This document shows, piece by piece, positions 38,525 to 48,360 of a DNA stretch of 64,000 nucleotides; the first letter of the stretch is position 1; each line of letters opens with the position of its first letter. The position numbers and the translations under genes are program-made. This DNA is from Candidatus Saccharimonadales bacterium (GTDB lineage Bacteria > Patescibacteriota > Saccharimonadia > Saccharimonadales > JAYRRP01), in NCBI GenBank assembly GCA_041906765.1, contig JAYRIP010000004.1, positions 68,223-132,222 on the forward strand, given 5' to 3'. The notes beneath the pieces are model-generated. The model saw only the letters and a list, made by a program, of their open reading frames with translations. It did no database searches and was not told the DNA's origin.

Positions 38525-38869
38525 TTGACCATGCAAAAAAAAGAGGGAATAATCACTGACCATCTCGTGCGGCTTGCACTGGGTTTGTTATTGGTCATTA
38601 TCTTGTTTGGTGCGACGTTTTATCATCTTGTTGAAAGATGGAACTGGCTTGACAGCATTTACTTCACTGTCATCACCCTTGCAACCGTTGGTTATGGTGA
38701 CCTTACCCCGAGAACTGACTTAGGCAAAACCTTCACCATATTTTATGTGTTTATTGGTATTGGCTTGTTTGTCACTATTGCTAATTTGTTCCTCAGGCAC
38801 CGTTTCCAAAAAGGCTTGGCAAAAACTCAACGAAGGAGAGGAGCGCCTAAACTTGATAAGCCCAACTAG
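38525..38869 (+). CDS. minimal two-TM potassium channel (Ion_trans_2 family)
   Basis: Selectivity filter TVGYGD sits between two TM helices in a 114-aa protein. Confidence 0.7.
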   Translation: MTMQKKEGIITDHLVRLALGLLLVIILFGATFYHLVERWNWLDSIYFTVITLATVGYGDLTPRTDLGKTFTIFYVFIGIGLFVTIANLFLRHRFQKGLAKTQRRRGAPKLDKPN

Positions 38870-38882
38870 ACATGGATTTGTC

Positions 38883-40694
38883 ATGAACCGCAAGGCTAGG
38901 ATTATTGTGTGGTTGTTTGGATTGTGTAGTTTGCTCGGACTTATGGCTCCTCTGAGAGCAAACGCACAAACACAGAATTTCACCATCCAATCCTTTGAGG
39001 CGGACTACTATATTTCTGCCAGCAATAACAAAACGAGTCAGTTACGCGTCGAGGAGACCATCCTGGCACAATTTCCAGAATATGATCAAAATCATGGCAT
39101 TCTACGGGCAGTGCCCAAATCCTACCAAGGGCACACCGTAAGTTTGAATGTGGAGAAGGTAACAAACGAGCGAGGTGAGAATTACCCTTTTAGCACCTCC
39201 ACACAGAAGGGGAACTTAGTATTAAAAATCGGTGAACAGAACAAATATGTACACGGGCTCACTACCTATAAGGTACGTTACTCATTGCGAAACGTTATTA
39301 ATTTCCAGCAGGGCGGTGATGAATTCTATTGGGATGTCAACGGGGATGAATGGCAGCAAACTGTGCAGGCGGCTACCGCCCGTTTCCATGTGCCTACAGG
39401 GCTAGGGGAAAGGTTCCAAGCCAAGCAGCGCTGCTTGAGCGGAAGTTATGGAAGTCAAAGTTCAAACTGCACCATTAGCCGCACCAGTAACCAGCAAGGT
39501 GAACAGCTTGTCACTGTCCAGGCCACCAATCTCCAGCCGCATCAAACCCTTACGTTTGTTACCTCCTTCGATAAGGGAACATTTACCCAGGGTCCAGAAA
39601 TATCCCAGGAGCGTCGTTGGCGCACTATCAAGCAAATCCTGTCCGCCGGGGCAATTATTATACCCCCTCTAGCCATTGGTATTATTATGCACCGTCGCTG
39701 GCGTGCGTATGGTGACGATCCGTCTGGACGTGGGGTAATTATCCCACAGTACCAACCCCCTAAGGAACTTAACGTATTAAGCAGTGGTTTTATTCTCAAC
39801 GAAAGTATCAACAGTCACACTATGTCTGCATTGATTATTGAGCTTGCCGTAAAACGCTACATCACTATATACGAGACCGAGCAAAAGCAATTTCTCCGCA
39901 ATAAAAAGTCCTATGAACTTGGGCTGGAGGCAGATCCAAAAGCCCTTAGTGGCGCCCAGCTTGATCTCGTATACGCACTTTTTGGCATAGCGGCAGGCAA
40001 GGGGGCAAGAGTAAGGCTCTCAGACCTTAAGAACAAATTGTATAAAGAAGTAACTTCGACTGATAATAAACTCGCTGAGGAGTTATCAAATCAGGGCTAT
40101 TTTCGCACAAATCCAAAGAAGGTTGGCGCGAAGTACTTCATAGCCGGTCTTGGGCTCACTATTGTCGGCATTGCATTAACAGGAGCTTTTTCAAGAATAA
40201 TCTGGCCAGTCGGTATTGGTGTTTTGCTAAGTGGTATCGTAGCTTTTATTTTCAGTCGTATCATGCCTGCCCGCAGTGAAAAAGGCGTTACCACCAAAGA
40301 GTATCTCCTTGGACTAAGGGACTACATGAAGCTGGCCGAGGCAGACCGGATAAAATTTCTGCAGAGCTTAAAGGGTGCCGAACGACTGCAAGCTGACCCT
40401 CAGGACAAACTAGCCAAGATTAAACTATTTGAATCACTCTTACCATACGCTGTGCTCTTTGGCATAGAAAAAAGCTGGGCAAAACAGTTTGAAAATCTTT
40501 ATACGCAACCGCCACAGTGGTATCAGGGCAACTTCGCCACGTTCCAGATGTCCAACCTAACCTCCTCAATAGGTGGTATGACACAAGCTTCCTCCGTTGC
40601 TTTTAGTGCCCCTAGCAGTTCCAGCGGTAGTGGTTTTGGTGGAGGCGGGTTTGCTGGCGGGGGAGGCGGAGGTGGTGGCGGGGGAGGCTGGTAA
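38883..40694 (+). CDS. DUF2207-family membrane protein with C-terminal poly-Gly tail
   Basis: Signal peptide, a beta-rich N-terminal ectodomain, several TMs, then GSGFGGGGFAGGGGGGGGGGGW at the C-terminus, typical of DUF2207. The ATG at 38883 (MNRKARII) is preferred over the ORF-track start at 38745, which overlaps the channel gene. Confidence 0.65.
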   Translation: MNRKARIIVWLFGLCSLLGLMAPLRANAQTQNFTIQSFEADYYISASNNKTSQLRVEETILAQFPEYDQNHGILRAVPKSYQGHTVSLNVEKVTNERGENYPFSTSTQKGNLVLKIGEQNKYVHGLTTYKVRYSLRNVINFQQGGDEFYWDVNGDEWQQTVQAATARFHVPTGLGERFQAKQRCLSGSYGSQSSNCTISRTSNQQGEQLVTVQATNLQPHQTLTFVTSFDKGTFTQGPEISQERRWRTIKQILSAGAIIIPPLAIGIIMHRRWRAYGDDPSGRGVIIPQYQPPKELNVLSSGFILNESINSHTMSALIIELAVKRYITIYETEQKQFLRNKKSYELGLEADPKALSGAQLDLVYALFGIAAGKGARVRLSDLKNKLYKEVTSTDNKLAEELSNQGYFRTNPKKVGAKYFIAGLGLTIVGIALTGAFSRIIWPVGIGVLLSGIVAFIFSRIMPARSEKGVTTKEYLLGLRDYMKLAEADRIKFLQSLKGAERLQADPQDKLAKIKLFESLLPYAVLFGIEKSWAKQFENLYTQPPQWYQGNFATFQMSNLTSSIGGMTQASSVAFSAPSSSSGSGFGGGGFAGGGGGGGGGGGW

Positions 40695-40709
40695 CACAGT
40701 ACTATCACC

Positions 40710-41957
40710 ATGTCCAGCCGCCCAAGCAAAAGCCAAGCTATATCTAGTAAATCGCCAAATTCTTTTCATTTTAAAATCAGCCGTCGTATAGACGATGGTG
40801 CGGGCAGAGCAGGGGTTATTACGACTCCGCACGGGAGGATTCACACGCCTGCCTTCGTTGTAGTAGGGACAAAAGCTAGCGTAAAAGCAATGTCACCCGA
40901 ACAAGTTGCCGCTTGTGGGGCACAAGCAGTGCTTGCCAACGCCTATCACCTTTATTTGCAACCAGGCCATAAACTGGTCGAAGCAGCGGGTGGTTTGGGA
41001 GCGTTCATGAACTGGCCTGGGCCGACATTTAGTGACTCAGGCGGTTTTCAAGTGATGTCGCTAGGCATTGGCTTCAAGAAAATCCTTTCTATGCAGAGTC
41101 GCGAACACGAGCCCGAAGACACCATGGCATCAAAGAAGGAACGCCTCGCTCACATTGATGAGCAAGGAGTAACATTTATATCCCATCTTGACGGTAGTAG
41201 GCATCGTTTCACTCCGGAACAGTCCATGCGCATCCAGTATGCTATTGGCGCCGATATTATATTTGCTTTTGATGAATGTACTGCCTTACATAATAGCTAT
41301 GCCTATCAACGTGAAGCACTAGTGAGGACTCATGCCTGGGCAAAGCAATGCCTGCAGGCACATCACTCCTTAAAAGCCGCTCACCCCGAGCGGCCATACC
41401 AGGCGCTTTTCGGCGTGCTGCAAGGCGCACAATACGAAGACCTGAGACGTGAAGCCGGCAAGTTTATGGGCGCACTCCCATTCGACGGCTTTGGCATCGG
41501 CGGCGCCTTTGAAAAAGCAGACTTGGGTAAAATTTTGTCCTGGGTGCACGATGAGCTGCCAAAGGACAAGCCGAAGCATCTACTTGGCATTAGCGAACCT
41601 GACGATATTTTTGCTGCCATTGAACAAGGCATTGACACCTTTGATTGCGTATCGCCTACCAGAGTAGGACGCAATGGCGCCTTGTACACGCCTTCAGGGC
41701 GTATCAATATTCTTAATCAGCGATTTACGCGCGATTTTTCGCCTATATACGATACATGCGACTGTTACACTTGTCAGCATTACACAAAAGCTTACCTACG
41801 ACATTTATTCAAAGCCAATGAGTTATTCGCTTTTACTCTTGCTTCAATCCATAACGAAAGATTCATTATCCGGCTGGTTGACGAGATCCGTCATAGCATC
41901 CTGCAAGGCTCGTTTTTCTCATTCAGAGATAACTGGCTACAACGCTACTACGGTTAG
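40710..41957 (+). CDS. tgt: queuine tRNA-ribosyltransferase (tRNA-guanine transglycosylase)
   Basis: TPAFVVVGTKASVK, the DSGGFQV active-site Asp context and the zinc site CDCYTCQHYTKAYLRHL (CxCxxC..H) are present. Confidence 0.9.
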   Translation: MSSRPSKSQAISSKSPNSFHFKISRRIDDGAGRAGVITTPHGRIHTPAFVVVGTKASVKAMSPEQVAACGAQAVLANAYHLYLQPGHKLVEAAGGLGAFMNWPGPTFSDSGGFQVMSLGIGFKKILSMQSREHEPEDTMASKKERLAHIDEQGVTFISHLDGSRHRFTPEQSMRIQYAIGADIIFAFDECTALHNSYAYQREALVRTHAWAKQCLQAHHSLKAAHPERPYQALFGVLQGAQYEDLRREAGKFMGALPFDGFGIGGAFEKADLGKILSWVHDELPKDKPKHLLGISEPDDIFAAIEQGIDTFDCVSPTRVGRNGALYTPSGRINILNQRFTRDFSPIYDTCDCYTCQHYTKAYLRHLFKANELFAFTLASIHNERFIIRLVDEIRHSILQGSFFSFRDNWLQRYYG

Positions 41958-41962
41958 CCAAA

Positions 41963-42667
41963 TCAGTTCTCGGTATCGATAGCAAAGGGCGTGAAATCGA
42001 TTTTTTTGTCATAGGCGTCACGATGTTCACTGCGCTTCAAAAACCCGATGACACGATATGTCACCGGCAGCATAACAACCTCAACAGTAGTCTTAAAACC
42101 CCAGCCAACAAGAATGAAATTCACCATGCTAGAAGGTGAAAGAATACCACCAAATGCAACCAGCCCAAAGATTACCGTGTCGAGCCCTTCACCAACCACT
42201 GTTGAGCCAATTAACCGCAACCACATTTTTTCACCGCCGTAACGCACTTTTAGTTTGGCTAGAACAAAAGAGTTCATAAACTCGCCAACCAAATATGCCA
42301 AAAGGCTTGCTAGGACGATGCGAGGGAAAAAGCCAAGGATGTCTACATAAGCCTGTTGGCCTTGCCATTCAGGACTGGGTGGCAAAAAGCGAACGATAGT
42401 AAAAGCAACTACTGCCAGCAGCATAATACCAAAGCCGGTCCAGATAGCTCGCCTGGCATAGGCATAACCATAAACTCCAGTTAAGATATCGCCAAAAATA
42501 TAGGCTAGGGGGAAAAGAATAGCCCCACCGTCAGTAATGATGGGGCCAATAGTTATTAACTTCACTGCAGCAATATTCGATATTAACAATACGGCCGCAA
42601 ATAAGGCCAAAATCAGGTCATAATACTTGAGCGAATGGCTAGAGGAGGAGAGAGACACTTTTTTCAT
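41963..42667 (-). CDS. queuosine precursor transporter, YhhQ/DUF165 (VUT) family
   Basis: A roughly 230-aa polytopic protein with FPLAYIFGDILTGVYGY and GSTVVGEGLDTVIFG segments typical of YhhQ. It is convergent with tgt, 5 nt apart. Confidence 0.75.
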   Translation of the reverse strand: MKKVSLSSSSHSLKYYDLILALFAAVLLISNIAAVKLITIGPIITDGGAILFPLAYIFGDILTGVYGYAYARRAIWTGFGIMLLAVVAFTIVRFLPPSPEWQGQQAYVDILGFFPRIVLASLLAYLVGEFMNSFVLAKLKVRYGGEKMWLRLIGSTVVGEGLDTVIFGLVAFGGILSPSSMVNFILVGWGFKTTVEVVMLPVTYRVIGFLKRSEHRDAYDKKIDFTPFAIDTEN

Positions 42668-42707
42668 GGATATGATTTAACCATGAGGTAAGCCTTCTCG
42701 CAAAATT

Positions 42708-42754
42708 CTTAAAATAAAAGAGCCTCTAGAGGGGGTGGGCACCGCTAGAGGCTC
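42708..42754 (-). terminator. intrinsic terminator hairpin within the 5' leader of the YhhQ-type transporter gene (candidate riboswitch/attenuator expression platform)
   Basis: On the minus strand, GAGCCUCUAG-(15 nt loop CGGUGCCCACCCCCU)-CUAGAGGCUC is followed by UUUUAUUUUAAG. It ends about 45 nt upstream of the start codon, and no minus-strand gene lies upstream of it. Confidence 0.45.
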
Positions 42755-43149
42755 ATTATACCCTTCAACCCACCCCAGCAAAGCATCGAAACCCAAAACT
42801 CCTTAAAGGTTCGTGCCGCCCTTGAAATCAAGAGCATACTGACGTACTCGCTTTGAAACGGGGTACTGAGGATAGTCCTAAAAGGTCTACCTCAGTAAAG
42901 TTAAAGGGATTAGTCTGCTTTAGAGCGCTGCAGACAAACTGCAGGCCAATAGAGAAGTGGAGGGTAACAACTTAGCTTTTGGACACGCTCTAAAACAATC
43001 TAACTAGATATCCGCTAATTACGGATATTAGTAATTGGGGGTATAAGGTGCATAAAGACATGAATAGTAAAATAATTACTTTATCATGCTTACGGATTGC
43101 GATTTTAGCAAAATAGTGTCATTATGTCAATACTAAAGTATTTATTTGT

Positions 43150-44010
43150 ATGGAAATCAAAAAGCTTACACTTCATGATCCAGCCTACCCGTCATTGCTG
43201 CGTGAAATCAGTGATCCGCCCAAAGAGCTATTTTATTTAACAAAAGCTGATCAGCTTGTGGCAACCAAAACCACTATCGCTATCGTTGGTAGTCGCAAAC
43301 CCAGTAATTACGGACGTCAGATCACTGCCCAGATATCAAGTCGACTTGCCGAGGCGGGAGTACATATAGTGAGCGGTCTTGCATTAGGGGTAGACGCACT
43401 TGCACATCAGGCAGCCGTAGAAGCAAATAGTCCAACTATTGCCGTCTTGCCATGTGGACTGGATCGTATTTATCCTGTTACACATCGGGGATTGGCTAGG
43501 CGTATTCTTGAAACGGGCGGCATGCTGGTAAGTGAGTATCCTGCCGGGTATGTGCCTTTCAAGCACAGCTTTATCGCCCGCAACAGAATCGTCTCCGGTC
43601 TGAGCCAGGGTGTAATTATTACTGAAGCGGCCGAAAAAAGTGGCAGTCTCCACACCGCTAGATTTGCCCTGGAACAGGGACGGGAAGTATTCGCGATACC
43701 CGGCAATATTACCAGCCCTAATTCAGCTGGAACTAATAACCTTATTAAGGCTGGAGCAATCCCCGTAACCCGTCATGAAGATATTCTATCCAGTTTTGCA
43801 ATTAGTATGCCGTCTCTTAGTGAGCGACCCGCGGCGGCCAATAAAGAAGAGGAACTTATTTTGACCCAGTTAGCCGAAGGCGTACAAGACAGCGACATGC
43901 TTCTTAAAGCGACGGCGCTCACGCCCGACACATTTAACCGCACCCTCACCATGCTCGAACTAAGCGGCAAGATAAAGGCCCTGGGCGGTGGCCAGTGGCG
44001 CCTTGGTTAA
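43150..44010 (+). CDS. dprA: DNA-processing protein DprA (Smf)
   Basis: IAIVGSRKPS..YG, a Rossmann-like core GLALGVDALAHQAA and FAIPGNI are present. Confidence 0.85.
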   Translation: MEIKKLTLHDPAYPSLLREISDPPKELFYLTKADQLVATKTTIAIVGSRKPSNYGRQITAQISSRLAEAGVHIVSGLALGVDALAHQAAVEANSPTIAVLPCGLDRIYPVTHRGLARRILETGGMLVSEYPAGYVPFKHSFIARNRIVSGLSQGVIITEAAEKSGSLHTARFALEQGREVFAIPGNITSPNSAGTNNLIKAGAIPVTRHEDILSSFAISMPSLSERPAAANKEEELILTQLAEGVQDSDMLLKATALTPDTFNRTLTMLELSGKIKALGGGQWRLG

Positions 44011-44054
44011 TGACACAAACTTAGAAAATGCGGGTGTAGTATACTGGTGCCTGC

Positions 44055-46352
44055 ATGAACAAACACCTCGTCATCGTGGAATCACCAGCTAAGGCAAAAA
44101 CAATCGAGAAATACCTCGGTAAAGATTACCAGGTCAAGAGCAGTTTCGGCCATATCCGTGATCTCCCTAAAAAGGGTATGAGCATAGATACGACCAATAA
44201 TTTTAAGCCAACTTACGAGATAAGTAATGACAAGAAAAAAGTGGTTGCCGATCTCAAAAAGGCAGCCAAGTCCGCCCAAGAAGTGTGGTTGGCTAGTGAC
44301 GAAGACCGGGAAGGGGAGGCGATTGCCTGGCATCTTACCCAAGCCCTCAAACTTGATCCGGAGCACACGAAACGCATCGTCTTTCATGAAATTACAAAAC
44401 CAGCCATAGAACACGCAATCAAAAACCCGCGTACCATTGATCGTAATCTTGTCGATGCTCAACAGGCACGTCGGGTCCTGGACCGACTGGTTGGCTATGA
44501 ATTATCGCCAGTACTATGGAAAAAAGTACGTACCGGTCTTAGTGCCGGCCGAGTGCAATCAGTCGCCGTGCGCCTAATTGTAGAGCGTGAACGGGAAATC
44601 AAGCAATTTGAGCCAGTCTCAAGTTACAAGATAACAGCTACGTTTCTAGCTGGAAAAGAACCATTCCAGGCAGAATTGGACAAAAAGTTTACCTCAGAAA
44701 AAGAAGCTGAGAAGTTTTTAGAAGCGAACATTGACGAATCATATATCATCATAGAATTAACCCAAAAACCGTCTGTCCGTAATCCAGGCCCTCCTTTTAC
44801 TACCAGCAGTCTCCAGCAAGAGGCAGCACGGCGTTTAGGTTTTAGCGTCAAGCAAACTATGACACTGGCACAGCGCCTGTACGAAAACGGGCACATTACT
44901 TACATGCGGACAGACAGCACTACTTTATCCACCCAAGCCATTGCGGCAGCCACCACGTACATCACACAAAAGTTTGGAGCAAAGTACCACTATCAGCGGC
45001 AATATAAGACAAAAAACGCCTCAGCCCAAGAAGCGCACGAGGCCATCCGACCGACAGATTTCTCGGCAACAGAGGCAGGCGCTGATAATGCGCAGCAAAA
45101 GCTTTACCGCTTAATATGGCAACGGGCCACTGCCAGCCAGATGGCAGCTGCTGAACTGATGCGTACCGAAGTAACTATAGGGCTAGCGAAACACACCGAA
45201 CGTTTCATTGCCAAAGGTGAACAGTTGACATTCGATGGATATTACAAAGTGTACGGCAACGCCAAACCCGATACGCTCCTGCCGCCCATGAAGCAGGATG
45301 ATCGTTTATCACTTGAGGGTATGCAGGCTACCCAGGTATATTCCCGCTCTCCGGCCCGGTATTCAGAAGCCAGTCTGGTAAAAAAACTTGAGGAACTCGG
45401 CATTGGTCGCCCCAGCACCTATGCACCAACCATTAGCACAATTCAAACACGAGGGTATATTGAGAAACGTGATCTAGAGGGTGCACCACGAGACCTTATT
45501 GTATTGACATTGAAAAATAGCCATGTCTCTTGCCAAACCACTACTGAAACAGTTGGTGCAGACCGCAACAAACTGCTGCCCACCCACCTAGCAGAAATGA
45601 CAACAGACTTCCTCCTAAAGTATTTCTCAGAAATCGTGGACTATGACTTTACTGCGAATGCTGAAGCAAGTTTTGACAATATCGCTGACGGCCAAGAGAA
45701 GTGGGAAAAAATGATCCATGAGTTCTATGCCCGTTTTCACCCACTTGTGGAGAAATCCGAAAAGGTTAGCCGACAAGAAACATCCCAAGCACGACTACTG
45801 GGTAGCGATCCAAAGACCAAACGTCCCGTATATGCGCGTTATGGCCGTTATGGCGCAATGCTGCAGCTCGGCGAGGCCGGTGATGATAAAGAAAAGCCCC
45901 AATTTGCTCCGCTGCCTACTGATAAGACGATAGAAGATGTGACACTCGAGCAAGCTATGACCATGTTTAGCTTGCCGCGTAAAGTAGGAAAGACAGCTGA
46001 AGGGCGTGAAATTCTGGCGAACATTGGTCGATTTGGACCATATATACAAGTCGACAAAATATTTGTTTCCATTAAACCACGTGACCCCTTTACGATAACC
46101 GAAGAAGAAGCCCGTCGACTCTATGAAGAGAAAAAGTCACAGTTGGCATCAAAACATATTAAGGAATTTCCTCTCGGTCTAAAGGTGTTAAACGGACCTT
46201 ACGGACCTTACGTCACTAATGGGCGCAAAAACGCCCGTATCCCGAAAGATAAAGATCCGGCTGCTCTCTCAGAAAAGGAGGCCCTTAAGTTACTGCAAAC
46301 AGCGCCCGCAAAGCGTGCATCAGTACGCGCCACTACCCGGAAGAAAAAATAA
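44055..46352 (+). CDS. topA: DNA topoisomerase I
   Basis: The N-terminal TOPRIM (LVIVESPAKAKTIEKYLG), catalytic Tyr region (ITYMRTDS) and C-terminal basic tail are present. Confidence 0.95.
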   Translation: MNKHLVIVESPAKAKTIEKYLGKDYQVKSSFGHIRDLPKKGMSIDTTNNFKPTYEISNDKKKVVADLKKAAKSAQEVWLASDEDREGEAIAWHLTQALKLDPEHTKRIVFHEITKPAIEHAIKNPRTIDRNLVDAQQARRVLDRLVGYELSPVLWKKVRTGLSAGRVQSVAVRLIVEREREIKQFEPVSSYKITATFLAGKEPFQAELDKKFTSEKEAEKFLEANIDESYIIIELTQKPSVRNPGPPFTTSSLQQEAARRLGFSVKQTMTLAQRLYENGHITYMRTDSTTLSTQAIAAATTYITQKFGAKYHYQRQYKTKNASAQEAHEAIRPTDFSATEAGADNAQQKLYRLIWQRATASQMAAAELMRTEVTIGLAKHTERFIAKGEQLTFDGYYKVYGNAKPDTLLPPMKQDDRLSLEGMQATQVYSRSPARYSEASLVKKLEELGIGRPSTYAPTISTIQTRGYIEKRDLEGAPRDLIVLTLKNSHVSCQTTTETVGADRNKLLPTHLAEMTTDFLLKYFSEIVDYDFTANAEASFDNIADGQEKWEKMIHEFYARFHPLVEKSEKVSRQETSQARLLGSDPKTKRPVYARYGRYGAMLQLGEAGDDKEKPQFAPLPTDKTIEDVTLEQAMTMFSLPRKVGKTAEGREILANIGRFGPYIQVDKIFVSIKPRDPFTITEEEARRLYEEKKSQLASKHIKEFPLGLKVLNGPYGPYVTNGRKNARIPKDKDPAALSEKEALKLLQTAPAKRASVRATTRKKK

Positions 46353-46513
46353 CGCGGCAGTTATCTGCCTGAAAAATAAGTAGACCAGTCCGAACATAAT
46401 TACTTATCCACAAATTTGTATCTTGCACGAGCTTATCCTGCAGTAATATTGACATATACTTATTATGCTAAAAATGCGACTTAATGCTACAATAAGTACA
46501 TAAAAACCTAAGT

Positions 46514-46542
46514 TTGACAATACTAAACTATAGTTTTATAAT
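46514..46542 (+). promoter_or_regulatory. perfect-consensus sigma70 promoter TTGACA-N17-TATAAT
   Basis: -35 TTGACA at 46514-46519, a 17-nt spacer and -10 TATAAT at 46537-46542. It is 33 nt upstream of the ATG at 46576, with a GAAGG RBS. Confidence 0.5.
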
Positions 46543-46575
46543 TAAACTACATAAACGTGTAATGAAGGTTACTTT

Positions 46576-47610
46576 ATGAGCAATAAACAGGTGTCTACCT
46601 CAGTTATCGAAAAAAGAATCGAAGATATTCTTGATACCATTGGCCGCGATCGCGAAAGAGAAATTATTTCACGCCGGTTTGGTCTATTTGATCGCAAAGA
46701 AACCCTGGAACAAATTGGTGAACTGCTGGGTATTACACGTGAACGCGTCAGACAATTAGAAAAGGCAGTGGTTGCCAGACTCAAGGCTGCTGCCGATGAA
46801 GATTTACCGCATATCAAAATTGTCGAAAGGGAACTAAAAGAAATTCTTTCAAGTATTGGGAAAGTAGCTCGGGTGCAAGACTTAAGCACAGTAATGACCG
46901 GTTCGCAGGAGCGACTCGACCAATCCCGTATCTTATTTTTAGCTACATTATGTCCAAACCTAGTAGTAATCGATGATAATGATAATTATTACCATGCGGT
47001 AGGCATTAATAGCACACAAAACGAGAAGACAATCCGTGATGAAGTCCAAAAGATTATTGACACCATCAAACAGATTGGCGAACCAGTCTCGATTGAAAAA
47101 TTATCCGAAGCCGTTAAAAAGACTGACATTGCACACGTCAAAGCCCTGGCAAGCATTTCCAAACAAGTTGCCAATCTCAACGATCGCTGGGGGCTCATCA
47201 AATGGCCGATGGTGAACCCTAAGAATATTCGCGACAAGATCTACGTAACCTTGCACGACCATGGCAAGCCAATGCACTTCAATGAAATTGCCAGAGCAAT
47301 TAAAAGCTCTAACTTTAAACGCAAAGACGTCACTACTCAGGCAATCCACAACGAATTAATCAAAGATAATCGGTTCGTATTGATAGGGCGGGGTATTTAC
47401 GCCTTAAAAGAGTGGGGATTTGAACGAGGCACAGTAGCTGACATTATCGCCGAAGTTCTCAAAAAGGCAAATGAGCCATTGCATCGCGATGAGATTGTAA
47501 AACGCGTACTGAAAAGCCGACAGGTCAAAGAAACGACGATTCTGCTTAACTTACAAGGCAAACCTCAATTTAAGCGCGTCGCCAAAGCAACTTACGCTTT
47601 AGCCAGCTAA
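46576..47610 (+). CDS. protein with N-terminal sigma-70 region-4-like HTH followed by about 270 aa of unknown function
   Basis: ISRRFGLFDRKETLEQIGELLGITRERVRQLEKAVVARLK matches the sigma70 region 4.2 HTH pattern, including ..LEEVG..LG.SRERVRQIE. The rest is unassigned. Confidence 0.45.
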   Translation: MSNKQVSTSVIEKRIEDILDTIGRDREREIISRRFGLFDRKETLEQIGELLGITRERVRQLEKAVVARLKAAADEDLPHIKIVERELKEILSSIGKVARVQDLSTVMTGSQERLDQSRILFLATLCPNLVVIDDNDNYYHAVGINSTQNEKTIRDEVQKIIDTIKQIGEPVSIEKLSEAVKKTDIAHVKALASISKQVANLNDRWGLIKWPMVNPKNIRDKIYVTLHDHGKPMHFNEIARAIKSSNFKRKDVTTQAIHNELIKDNRFVLIGRGIYALKEWGFERGTVADIIAEVLKKANEPLHRDEIVKRVLKSRQVKETTILLNLQGKPQFKRVAKATYALAS

Positions 47611-48360
47611 GCGGCTTAAAACTTTCATCTTACGAACATACTTGCCACTTTAGCTAAATATGTACATTTTACGAACATTGAAGCAAAGGTATTAATGGTG
47701 GGTTACAAGCTAGACTAGAAATCTATAAATTGTTTGTAGGCAACAAGGAAGAGAGCATGGAAGCTTAAAAAAACCTCGTGGCTTAAAAGCAACTAGGCAG
47801 AAGTGCGGGGTGGAAAAAGGCCGAAAGAAAGATCTGTGATGAAACGTCGCACAATGTATATTTTGCGACTCTATAATTGGTTATGGTTTTATAGTCACAT
47901 ACCTTCTATAACGGGGGAGCAGCTGAGTCATTATCAATTTATTAGCTATTCTCGTTTTTACTTACGTGATTTTTATACTGCCATTACGGCTTTATTCATG
48001 GCTCCCGGACGATTAAGTTAGTATCACCTAAATACACCTTAGTTTTCCACAACGACTATTTGCATTATTAGTTTTTTGTTAGATTTATTACTTTTTTTCC
48101 TCACTGCCCTTTATCCCCCTTTTCCCTATATTTGACTTTGTACTATTAATATTTGTAAATATAGTTTTTCCTGCAAGTCAGCTATTGTGAATAATATGAA
48201 CAAATTACGAACTACTAGGGGAGAGTGGTGTACTCACAGGTTACTTGGGAAAACGCAGATGCGTATCCCCCACACGAATTGTATTTATTGTGCTGTACAG
48301 AGTTCTCCTTGTATATATTGCCGTACAGCTCTTTCCCCTCTTTTAGGGTCGGCAAAAAGT

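Noticed and set aside
38745-38882. ORF-track start of the DUF2207 gene overlapping the potassium channel gene by 125 nt
   Set aside because: The in-frame ATG at 38883 (MNRKARII) begins the signal peptide and removes the overlap, so the upstream extension is unlikely to be translated.
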